From Eubacteriales bacterium (GTDB taxonomy: Bacteria; Bacillota; Clostridia; Oscillospirales; CAG-272), in NCBI GenBank assembly GCA_045127215.1, contig JBGVPV010000074.1:16302-80301 (forward strand): a stretch of 64,000 nucleotides of DNA, read 5' to 3'. Below, piece after piece: positions 22,880-31,454 of the stretch (the stretch's first letter is position 1; every line of letters starts with the position of its first letter). Below the pieces are notes generated by a model, which saw only the letters and a list, made by a program, of their open reading frames with translations, made no database searches and was not told the DNA's origin. The translations under genes and the position numbers were made by a program.

Positions 22880-24120
22880 GAGTATCCAACCTCAAATGCG
22901 GACTTATCGGCGAGCGGCTCGGCCACAGCTTTTCCCCCCTGATTCACGCCTGTCTTGCGGACTATTCCTATACGCTGACCGAGATATCCCCCGAAGGACT
23001 TAAGGGGTTCGTAGCCTCACGTCAGCTCGACGCATACAACGTAACCATTCCCTACAAGAAGGCAATAATGCCTTATCTTGACGTGATCTCCCCCGAGGCG
23101 ACAGCCATTGGAGCTGTCAATACCGTAGTACAGAGAGACGGCAAGCTTTACGGCTACAATACCGACTATTTTGGATTTTGCTATATGCTTGATTCCTCGG
23201 GTATAGACCCCCGTGGCAAAAAGGTGTTGGTGCTTGGAGCAGGTGGCGCATCTGCTACCGTATGCGCGGCAATGGGGGACAGAGGCGCGAGTGAAATAGT
23301 TACGCTTGACTCAAAGCAGAACACCCCCGAAAATATAAGACTTCATTCGGACGCCGAGATAATCGTTAACGCAACGCCCGTAGGCACGTATCCCCACAAC
23401 CTCGTCTCACCTGTGGAATTGAAGCAATTCAACCGTCTTTGCGGTGTTCTCGATCTCATATACAATCCCGCGCGGACCGCGCTTCTCTTGAAAGCGGAAA
23501 AGCTTGGAATACCGAACATAAACGGACTCCCAATGCTTGTAGCGCAAGCAGTACGCGCGTCCGAGCTTTTCACTGGAGAAAAAACGGCAGACTCGGTTTG
23601 CAAGGAGATAATTCAAAAAATAAGTGACGAGACCGAAAATATAATCATTATCGGTATGCCGGGCTCGGGAAAGACTACGGCGGCAAGAATAATTGCCGAA
23701 AAGCTTTCAAGACCCTTCCTTGACTCCGACAAGTTTTTCTGCGAAAAATTCGGAAGAACTCCCGCCGAGGTCATAACGGCAGACGGCGAGGATATATTCA
23801 GACAAATGGAGAGCGAGGTCATCGCCGAGCTTGGAAAGCAAAGAGGCAGCGTCATCGCCTGCGGCGGCGGTGTGGTAACAAGAGAGCGCAATTACGCCCC
23901 CCTGCACCAGAACGGAGTCATAGTTTTCCTTGAAAGAGCGCTAGAAAATCTCTCAAAGCGCGGCAGACCGATATCCGAGTCTACCTCTATCGAGGAGCTT
24001 TACAATTCACGCATAAACGCGTATAACGCCTTTGCGGATCTCAGAGTACAGAGCACCGAGATCCCCGAAAAAACCGCAGATCTTATCATAGAAAGTGTAA
24101 AAAACAGAGGGAAAATATGA
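22876..24120 (+). CDS. Fused shikimate dehydrogenase / shikimate kinase
   Basis: The N-terminal roughly 250 aa is AroE-like ([22 protein letters not shown]). The C-terminal roughly 165 aa is AroK-like with P-loop GMPGSGKTT. Confidence 0.88.
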   Translation: MRVSNLKCGLIGERLGHSFSPLIHACLADYSYTLTEISPEGLKGFVASRQLDAYNVTIPYKKAIMPYLDVISPEATAIGAVNTVVQRDGKLYGYNTDYFGFCYMLDSSGIDPRGKKVLVLGAGGASATVCAAMGDRGASEIVTLDSKQNTPENIRLHSDAEIIVNATPVGTYPHNLVSPVELKQFNRLCGVLDLIYNPARTALLLKAEKLGIPNINGLPMLVAQAVRASELFTGEKTADSVCKEIIQKISDETENIIIIGMPGSGKTTAARIIAEKLSRPFLDSDKFFCEKFGRTPAEVITADGEDIFRQMESEVIAELGKQRGSVIACGGGVVTRERNYAPLHQNGVIVFLERALENLSKRGRPISESTSIEELYNSRINAYNAFADLRVQSTEIPEKTADLIIESVKNRGKI

Positions 24121-24536
24121 AGATATTAGTCATTAACGGCCCGAATCTTAATATGCTTGGCATTCGTGAGCCTGAAATTTACGGCAAACAGGATTTTAAA
24201 GCACTCGAAGCGTATATCAAAAGCTCTGCCGAGGAGCTTGGTCACACGGTAACGCTCTTTCAGTCCAACCACGAGGGCGAGATAGTTGACGTCATTCAAT
24301 CCGCATACGGCGTGTTTGACGGCATCGTCATAAATCCCGCGGCATACACCCACACGAGCGTGGCGATACTTGACGCGCTGGGCGCGGTAGCAATACCCAC
24401 GGTCGAGGTACACCTCTCCGATATTAGCGTGCGCGAGGAATTCCGCCGCCATTCTTACGTTTCCATGATTGCCAAAAAAACCATCTGCGGCCTTGGATTT
24501 GAAGGCTACCGCAAGGCACTTGAATATTTTGCATAA
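24117..24536 (+). CDS. aroQ: Type II 3-dehydroquinate dehydratase
   Basis: [40 protein letters not shown]. Confidence 0.95.
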   Translation: MKILVINGPNLNMLGIREPEIYGKQDFKALEAYIKSSAEELGHTVTLFQSNHEGEIVDVIQSAYGVFDGIVINPAAYTHTSVAILDALGAVAIPTVEVHLSDISVREEFRRHSYVSMIAKKTICGLGFEGYRKALEYFA

Positions 24537-24541
24537 CAAAA

Positions 24542-24580
24542 ATCCCGACGGATATTACACTACCCGTCGGGATCTTTTAT
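24542..24580. terminator. Terminator hairpin after aroQ, directly abutting the transposase stop codon
   Basis: ATCCCGACGG-12 nt-CCGTCGGGAT followed by CTTTTATTT. Confidence 0.7.
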
Positions 24581-25093
24581 TTATTGTTCATCTACATACA
24601 ACTCATCAAATTGCCAACGCATCGGGTTTTCGTAAATATAACGCAAATGTTCTTCATAGTCTTCCCTATTCCGAATAATGTGGTCATACGAACGATATTG
24701 CCAAATATTTTCCCCACATTCTTTATTACAAAATCTTTTAAACGTAGACACGAATTTTGAAGATGTCGAATTTTGAATTGTAGGGACCGGCGTCCTCGAC
24801 GGTCCATTTTCTTTTCCCTTGATCCACAATAAAATATGGATATGATTTGGCATAATAACATAAGACTCTACGGATAAATTGTGATAAAAATCATTAAGTT
24901 GGCGTATGTATTTATCTGCAAATTTCCCATATCGCGTCAATTCGTTTTTTGGACCGTCGAGGACGCCGGTCCCTACAATATGAGAGAGAACACATCGTCT
25001 TTCCTTAGTACATATCGTTAAAAAAACCACACAATTATCATTATAATCCGCGCCACTCAGACGCATTGTTTTTCTATATTTAAAATTATCCAT
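24581..25093 (-). CDS. REP-associated tyrosine transposase-like protein (IS200-like HUH/Y1, RAYT type)
   Basis: HUH motif PNHIHILLW. C-terminal RSYDHIIRNREDY..YIYENPMRW block. Single gene without IS ends. GTAGGG-hairpin repeats lie in and around it. Confidence 0.8.
   Translation of the reverse strand: MDNFKYRKTMRLSGADYNDNCVVFLTICTKERRCVLSHIVGTGVLDGPKNELTRYGKFADKYIRQLNDFYHNLSVESYVIMPNHIHILLWIKGKENGPSRTPVPTIQNSTSSKFVSTFKRFCNKECGENIWQYRSYDHIIRNREDYEEHLRYIYENPMRWQFDELYVDEQ
24780..24805 (+). repeat. REP-like hairpin inside the transposase ORF (GTAGGGACCGGCGTCCTCGACGGTCC)
   Basis: GTAGGG foot, 6-bp stem GGACCG/CGGTCC and 10-nt loop. Encodes GPSRTPVPT on the minus strand. Confidence 0.9.
24951..24976 (-). 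repeat. REP-like hairpin inside the transposase ORF, the exact reverse complement of 24780-24805
   Basis: GGACCGTCGAGGACGCCGGTCCCTAC. Encodes VGTGVLDGP on the minus strand. Confidence 0.9.
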
Positions 25094-25260
25094 TTAATCA
25101 CCCATATTATTATAAGGCAAATCGGCAGAGAAAAGAGCCCTCTACCGATTTCTAATCTGTAATTTCCATTTCAAAAATAACAATGAAATATACGATGGTT
25201 TCATACTGCCGCTCTCCCACAAGGGAAAACTCACGTGATACGCCCTCAAATCTCATAACG

Positions 25261-25752
25261 TCAATCCATTATTTTCATAATAAACTTAGTACGCTCGGCT
25301 TTGGCGCCGCGTATTTCTATAACGTAATCAAGCTCAAGCGTGCCCGCCTCTGCAATTCGGTTTCTGACCTCAAGTGTATTGACGCAGATCTCAAACGGCA
25401 TATACGGCGTCTGATATATACAATGGTGACGCTTGCCGCGCTCGAATACCAACACCGTGGAGACGATTCCCGTGCGCCCCATCGTTACAAGCCCCGGCTC
25501 ACGCATATCGAAGGACACCGACGTTATCGAGCCCTCCATACCCGTAGCCTCACTCTCCTCGTAGGATATCTCGGCGCGGTCGCCGTCTATTTTGAACGTT
25601 CCAAAGGTTTTTATTTCTATTTTATCGGGCTCAACAGACGCCCCAATATCTTCATCAGCCATCTCCAAAACGTCTGCCTCATCAAGTCCGAATAACGAGG
25701 CTTCCACCTCGTACGTTATGGATTCAATACGTATTTTAACTTCTCTTTGCAT
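25261..25752 (-). CDS. DUF1934 (YwiB-like beta-barrel) protein
   Basis: 163 aa. Pattern V.I...I......E......G.F...G....I.Y.E is typical of DUF1934. Called by recognition only. Confidence 0.6.
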   Translation of the reverse strand: MQREVKIRIESITYEVEASLFGLDEADVLEMADEDIGASVEPDKIEIKTFGTFKIDGDRAEISYEESEATGMEGSITSVSFDMREPGLVTMGRTGIVSTVLVFERGKRHHCIYQTPYMPFEICVNTLEVRNRIAEAGTLELDYVIEIRGAKAERTKFIMKIMD

Positions 25753-25854
25753 AAGGATTTTTTCTCACTTTCCCACTTTTCCCATATATTGTATCATATC
25801 GCCCGAGGCTTGTCAAGAAAGCGTAAAAATTTTTATAAAAAATGCGTAAATCCT

Positions 25855-25883
25855 TTGACATTCGTATAATTTAGTGATATAAT
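25855..25883 (+). promoter_or_regulatory. Sigma-A type promoter of the galT-hydrolase-EEPx4 operon
   Basis: TTGACA, 17 nt, TATAAT, a perfect consensus. Confidence 0.6.
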
Positions 25884-25921
25884 TATTATGAAGTAATATG
25901 TTTAGTTTTACGGAGAATTTT

Positions 25922-27433
25922 ATGGTTTGTGAAAAAGAACTTTCAATAAAAATCAGACAGCTTATCGACTACGCGCTTAAGAACGCGCTCATCGAAAAAG
26001 AAGACGTAAATTTCTGCATCAACGGTATTCTCGGAGTACTCGGCGCATCCGAGTATATCGACCCCGTATCCGCAGAGCCATGTGAGCTTGAAGACATACT
26101 CGCATTTATGTGCGACTACGGATATGAGAACGGAAGATTAGAAAATAATTCCGTGGTATTCAGAGATCTTTTTGACACCAAGATCATGGGCATTCTGACT
26201 CCGAGACCGAGCGAGGTTGTAAAAAACTTCTTCTCGCTCTACTCCATAGATCCCTCTGCTGCAACCGATTATTTCTACGGCTTGTGTCGCGCAAACGACT
26301 ATATCCGTACCTACCGAGTTGCAAAGGATATGAAGTGGGTGTACGAGGGCAAATACGGTGCGCTTGACATCACCGTCAACCTCTCAAAGCCCGAGAAGGA
26401 TCCCAAGGCGATAGCGGCGGCAAAGCTGGTAGCACAAAGCGGGTACCCCAAGTGCCTGCTCTGCCCTGAGAACGAGGGACACACAGGAAACGCGGCTAAG
26501 CCCGCAAGGCAGACTCTGCGTCTTATTCCCCTGGAGCTCAATTCTCACAGATGGTATATGCAGTACTCCCCTTACGTTTATTACAACGAGCACTGCATAG
26601 TTCTCTCCGCGGAGCACACGCCTATGATGATAGATCACGGTACGTTCTGTCGCGCGCTTGATTTCGTTGAACAGTTCCCCCACTACTTCATCGGCTCTAA
26701 TGCAGATCTGCCCATAGTTGGCGGCTCTATCTTAACACACGATCACATGCAGGGCGGTAACTACACCTTTGCGATGGCACAGGCGTCCGTGGACACAAAG
26801 CTGACGTTTGAGGGATTTGAGGACGTAAGCGCAGGTATCGTTGCGTGGCCTATGTCGGTAATAAGACTTGCCTCTGCTGACAAGCTGCGTCTTGTTACCC
26901 TTGCCGACAAAATACTTGCCGCTTGGCGCGCGTACTCCGACGAGGAAGCGTTTATCTTTGCCGAGACTGACGGCGAGCCCCACAACACCATAACCCCGAT
27001 AGCAAGAATGAGAGACGGCATTTTTGAACTTGATCTCGTTCTCAGAAATAATATAACCACCGAGGAGCATCCTCTGGGAGTATATCACCCCCACGCCGAC
27101 GTACATCACATAAAGAAGGAAAACATCGGACTTATCGAGGTCATGGGACTTGCAGTTCTCCCCGCAAGACTTAAAAACGAAATACAGATAATGAAGCAAT
27201 ATATCCTTGAAGGACGCGATTTCTCTGAAAACGAGGATATCGTAAAGCATAAGGATTGGTTTGAGTCCATAAAGAATTCCTATGAATTCACTGTTGGAAA
27301 CACCGAGAACATTCTCTGCCGTGAGATCGGCAGAGTGTTTGAGCGCGTACTTGAGGATGCAGGCGTTTACAAGCGTACAAAGGAAGGACACGACGCGTTC
27401 ATCCGTTTTGTTGAACACGTAAATTCTATCTGA
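25922..27433 (+). CDS. galT: UDP-glucose--hexose-1-phosphate uridylyltransferase (type 2 GalT)
   Basis: YPKCLLCPENEG and THDHMQGG motifs. About 500 aa, the Firmicute type. ATG 25922 follows ACGGAG (the track start at 25898 would be almost leaderless). Confidence 0.88.
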   Translation: MVCEKELSIKIRQLIDYALKNALIEKEDVNFCINGILGVLGASEYIDPVSAEPCELEDILAFMCDYGYENGRLENNSVVFRDLFDTKIMGILTPRPSEVVKNFFSLYSIDPSAATDYFYGLCRANDYIRTYRVAKDMKWVYEGKYGALDITVNLSKPEKDPKAIAAAKLVAQSGYPKCLLCPENEGHTGNAAKPARQTLRLIPLELNSHRWYMQYSPYVYYNEHCIVLSAEHTPMMIDHGTFCRALDFVEQFPHYFIGSNADLPIVGGSILTHDHMQGGNYTFAMAQASVDTKLTFEGFEDVSAGIVAWPMSVIRLASADKLRLVTLADKILAAWRAYSDEEAFIFAETDGEPHNTITPIARMRDGIFELDLVLRNNITTEEHPLGVYHPHADVHHIKKENIGLIEVMGLAVLPARLKNEIQIMKQYILEGRDFSENEDIVKHKDWFESIKNSYEFTVGNTENILCREIGRVFERVLEDAGVYKRTKEGHDAFIRFVEHVNSI

Positions 27434-27455
27434 TATAGGATATAAAAATATTAAA

Positions 27456-28385
27456 ATGAAAAACAAAAACAAGATGCAGATCAAAAAGATCACGGACAAA
27501 CACGGCGTCACCCGCGAATATATCTTCTTTGAAGTAAAATTCAATCACTACCGCGACGTTTCAGATTCTCACGCGCACGAGGTAACGGATCGCTATGAGG
27601 AGAGAAGCTGTGAATGCGTGCTGGCACTTCCAAAAAGCTACTCCAAAAGAGGCAAGAAAACTCCCCTGATCCTGTCGTTCCACGGAGCGATGGGCAAGGT
27701 ATGCGCCGCAGAGGATAAAACAGGCGGGATCTCCCTCGCATACAACTGTATTGACGCAGGATATGCCGCACTTGACGTTTGCGGCTCCGAGCCCGACGGA
27801 TTTACCATGGGTTGCCCCGAGCATATATTTGCCGCATTCAAGGCTTACAAATTTGCTATTGAAAATTATAATCTCTCGGATCGCGTTATGGTAGCGGGCG
27901 GCTCTATGGGTGGTCACTCGGCAATGAATTTTGCCAACACCTTTCCCTCTATCGTATTGGCGGCGGGACTTTTCTACCCCCGACTCAATATGGACACCAC
28001 GGATGTCGACGGACACTCCTGCCGTGGCACGTGGGACAAGACCAAGGTAAACAGTCTTGGGTTCAGCACCCACGAAAAAATAATAAGCGTATACCGTTTT
28101 CCAAGTGACGAATGGTGCGAGGAAAACACCACGGGCTTCAACCCCCATCGCACTCGCTCGTTTACAGACGCTGACGGTAAGCGCGTTATAATTCCCCCCT
28201 GCCCTATAAAAATATGGCAAGGACTTGACGACGTGACGGTAGATCCCGTTCTCACAAAGGAATACGTGGATTCCATTCACCGCGCAGGCTGTTATGCAGA
28301 GCTTCATCTGCTTGATGGCGTCGCACACAAGACAACTCCCGTTATGCGAGAGGAGCTGGTCTTGTGGTTTAACAGATTTATTTAA
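27456..28385 (+). CDS. Alpha/beta hydrolase (serine esterase/peptidase-like), cytoplasmic
   Basis: Nucleophile elbow GGSMGGH. C-terminal acid/His region (WQGLDD ... GVAHK). No signal peptide. Confidence 0.7.
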   Translation: MKNKNKMQIKKITDKHGVTREYIFFEVKFNHYRDVSDSHAHEVTDRYEERSCECVLALPKSYSKRGKKTPLILSFHGAMGKVCAAEDKTGGISLAYNCIDAGYAALDVCGSEPDGFTMGCPEHIFAAFKAYKFAIENYNLSDRVMVAGGSMGGHSAMNFANTFPSIVLAAGLFYPRLNMDTTDVDGHSCRGTWDKTKVNSLGFSTHEKIISVYRFPSDEWCEENTTGFNPHRTRSFTDADGKRVIIPPCPIKIWQGLDDVTVDPVLTKEYVDSIHRAGCYAELHLLDGVAHKTTPVMREELVLWFNRFI

Positions 28386-28416
28386 AAATATTTAACCTAT
28401 CAAGGAGGATACGGTA

Positions 28417-29619
28417 ATGATTACAGATAAGCATAAAATAATTTACGCAACAGACCTTATCGGATATGAAAATCAGGCAAATTTATTGCATGAGATATTA
28501 GAGGTAACACTCGGCATTGACGTTCCGGTATCTAACGATACACGCGCAAAGCCGACTGAGTATGAGATTCTTATCGGTCACACCAACCGCCCGCTTTCAC
28601 AGCGCGCTTACGAGGGAGAGGGTGCAAAGAGACTTATGTCTCACGAGATCATCATAGAAGGCAACAGCATACAGCTTGCCTGCGGCGGCCCTTATTCCGC
28701 AAGGTTTGCGGTGCTGACTCTCGGAAAGGCACTCGCCGAAGGCTCTCTTGACTCCTACGTAAATAAGAGAGTTGAGCTTACCACCGAGCACGTTCCTCAC
28801 ACCGAGGGCACCGACGCGCGTATTATGAGCATTAACGTGCTTGGACAGTGCTACATCAAATCAAATCACAACGGCAAACATCCCGTATCCAGCGAACGCG
28901 CCGAGATATTGGCAAAGCTTTTAGTTGACTACACGCCCGACCTCGCGGGAGTTCAGGAAATGGACGTGAAATTCCACGCACCGCTTGACGCGTATTTTGA
29001 GGTACTCAAGCAGCACTACGGCCTTGAGTATGCCATAGCCCTCACCCAACACGGCAAAAAGACAAACGACTGTCCGATAATCTACCGTGCGGACGAATAC
29101 GAGCTTGATTACGAGAATTTTGTCCCCGCAAACTACCATATCCCCGAAAAGTATAACACTATGTACCCCTGCGGAGTTGCAAGCACCAAGTTCACCGACA
29201 AGCGCGATCCCACCGTACAGGTCGCAATGATATCTAACCACTGGCACTGGGAAAAGGAGGACGTCGCCCTCGATCCCCCGAGACAGCAGATAGACGCTGA
29301 CGATTTAGCGGCGACCACTAAATTTTTGGAAGAGACCTACCCCGGCGTAAGAGTTTTCAGCACGGGAGACTTCAACAGCCATCGATTCCAGGAAAAATAC
29401 TTCAACCGCTATCTTGAAGCCGTTGACGGAGTTGCGGCAGATCAGATCGCCATCGCAAACGGCGTTCACACACCCGCACTCGTACACATGGGATATCTTA
29501 TAGATCACATCGTCGGCAAGAAGGGCACGTTTGACGTACTGCTTCACGCCCCCACAAAGAATCGCTCCGACGTACTGACCGATCACAAGCCCATTTACGC
29601 TGATATTAAATTTATTTAA
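28417..29619 (+). CDS. EEP-family (endonuclease/exonuclease/phosphatase) protein, paralogue 1, no export signal
   Basis: One N-terminal alpha/beta module (YEILIGHTNR, IQLACGGPYS) then an EEP core: ARIMSINV, GVQEMD, SNHWHWE, GDFNSHR, IDHIV, LTDHKPIYADI. Confidence 0.75.
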   Translation: MITDKHKIIYATDLIGYENQANLLHEILEVTLGIDVPVSNDTRAKPTEYEILIGHTNRPLSQRAYEGEGAKRLMSHEIIIEGNSIQLACGGPYSARFAVLTLGKALAEGSLDSYVNKRVELTTEHVPHTEGTDARIMSINVLGQCYIKSNHNGKHPVSSERAEILAKLLVDYTPDLAGVQEMDVKFHAPLDAYFEVLKQHYGLEYAIALTQHGKKTNDCPIIYRADEYELDYENFVPANYHIPEKYNTMYPCGVASTKFTDKRDPTVQVAMISNHWHWEKEDVALDPPRQQIDADDLAATTKFLEETYPGVRVFSTGDFNSHRFQEKYFNRYLEAVDGVAADQIAIANGVHTPALVHMGYLIDHIVGKKGTFDVLLHAPTKNRSDVLTDHKPIYADIKFI

Positions 29620-29649
29620 TCATAAATATAATAGGAAGGGAAAAATTTT

Positions 29650-31443
29650 ATGAAAAAGCTTTTATCACTCGTGTTGGCACTCATATTTATTATGGGCTGT
29701 CTTGCCACCATGTCCTCTTGCGCTATTTTAGACATTTTTAATACTGACAACAAACCGGGCGAAGACGTCCCCCCTGTAATCGAGCCCCCCATCACTGAGG
29801 AGACTGACGTTGCCATAATCAAGGACGGCGCACCTCAGTTCACAATCGTTTATCCCGACGGTTCTTCCACTGAGCTCCGTGAGAAGCTCACCGCTCTCAC
29901 CGCGCAGATCAAGAAAACCACCGGCGTTACCATGAAGTCCATCAAAGCCTCTGAGGCTACCGACCCCAACGCGAGATACATACTCCTCGGCGCTACGGGT
30001 CACGAGGCGTCTTTCGCCGCAATGGAATCTCTGTCCAACAATGAGGATGCCTACAACATCGTGGCAGAAGGCAGGCACATCGCTTTCGTAGCTCACTTCG
30101 AAAGCACTCTTCTCACCGCGATAGATTATTACACCTTCAACTCTATCGAAGACAACTATGACAGCGAGACCGAGACCCTTATCTTTGAAGACCGCAACCG
30201 CAAAGGTAAGGACCCCCTTGCCACCGCATTCGATATGAACGATATCGATAAGTACACCATCATTTACAGCCCTGAAATGCCGGATTACTACAATACCGCA
30301 GTATCCATCAAGAATCATATCGCATCCGTAACCGGTGTATCCCTCAAGATCCGCAAGGACTACGAGGCTATCGAATCCCCCTATGAGATAATCGTTGGAA
30401 ACACCAACAGATACATCTCTCAGAAGAACTACAAGAACAGCGCTCGCCTTATGGAATACAGAATAGTCGTTGACAAGGGCTGCTTGCAGGTGGTTTGCGG
30501 CGGACTTTATTCCGCAAACGCAGTTCTTCCTCAGCTTTTTGACTCGCTTCTTACAAAGAGTAGCGTAGTTATCAAGAACGGTACTCCCCTCTCGGGAAAT
30601 ATGGCGCAGGAAAAGGTGCCTCACTCCGAGGGCACGGACGTTCGTGTAATGACAGCAAACATTCTCGCGCAGTCCTCCACCTCTCTTGCTGAGGGCTTCC
30701 CCCCTTCTATTGAACGTGCGGAAATATTCGCAAAGATACTCCTTGACTACTCCCCCGATTTCGTAGGTGTACAGGAAGCAGACGCAAATTATGCGCGTGC
30801 TATGTCTCATTACTTCGAGGTGATCAAGAAGATCTACGGAATTGAGTACAGCTCAACAAAGACAGATATTGACGGCACACCCATAGCAAACTACATTCTT
30901 TACCGTTCAGACAAGTATACTCTTAAGTCCCAGAAGGCAGAGCTTCCCAGCTATGCTGTAACATCCACCTCCAACTTCTATCACAGCGTACTGTCCAGCG
31001 CAATGTTCGTAAGCAAGAGCAATCCCTCCATCGAAATCGGTATGCTCTCTGCTCACTGGCACTGGGAAAAGGAAAGCGCAGTTGTTGGCACGCCTAAGCA
31101 GAAGATAGATGCTGAGCAGATGGCGGCTGAATACAACAGACTTCAGCAGGCGCACCCCAACGCAAAGATCTTCTGCACGGGTGACTTCAACAGCCACAGA
31201 TTCAAGAATAAGTACTTCAACGAATTCCTCGCAGCTATCAACGGCGCGGTGGCAAGTACTATCGCTAAGAATAACGGCGTACTCACCCCCAGCTTCCAGC
31301 ACTACACTCCCCTTCAGTACATCGACCACATCATCAGTACTGACGGTACGTTTGACGTGCTTAAGCATGCAGGTACAAACAACCACTCAAACAAGCTTAC
31401 CGACCATCAGCCCGTTTACGCTGATATCAAATTCACAAAATAA
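29650..31443 (+). CDS. EEP-family protein, paralogue 2, probable lipoprotein
   Basis: Signal peptide with lipobox-like IMGC. Two N-terminal alpha/beta modules. EEP core: VRVMTANI, GVQEAD, SAHWHWE, GDFNSHRF, IDHII, LTDHQPVYADIKFTK. Confidence 0.75.
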   Translation: MKKLLSLVLALIFIMGCLATMSSCAILDIFNTDNKPGEDVPPVIEPPITEETDVAIIKDGAPQFTIVYPDGSSTELREKLTALTAQIKKTTGVTMKSIKASEATDPNARYILLGATGHEASFAAMESLSNNEDAYNIVAEGRHIAFVAHFESTLLTAIDYYTFNSIEDNYDSETETLIFEDRNRKGKDPLATAFDMNDIDKYTIIYSPEMPDYYNTAVSIKNHIASVTGVSLKIRKDYEAIESPYEIIVGNTNRYISQKNYKNSARLMEYRIVVDKGCLQVVCGGLYSANAVLPQLFDSLLTKSSVVIKNGTPLSGNMAQEKVPHSEGTDVRVMTANILAQSSTSLAEGFPPSIERAEIFAKILLDYSPDFVGVQEADANYARAMSHYFEVIKKIYGIEYSSTKTDIDGTPIANYILYRSDKYTLKSQKAELPSYAVTSTSNFYHSVLSSAMFVSKSNPSIEIGMLSAHWHWEKESAVVGTPKQKIDAEQMAAEYNRLQQAHPNAKIFCTGDFNSHRFKNKYFNEFLAAINGAVASTIAKNNGVLTPSFQHYTPLQYIDHIISTDGTFDVLKHAGTNNHSNKLTDHQPVYADIKFTK

Positions 31444-31454
31444 AGGAAAATCGT

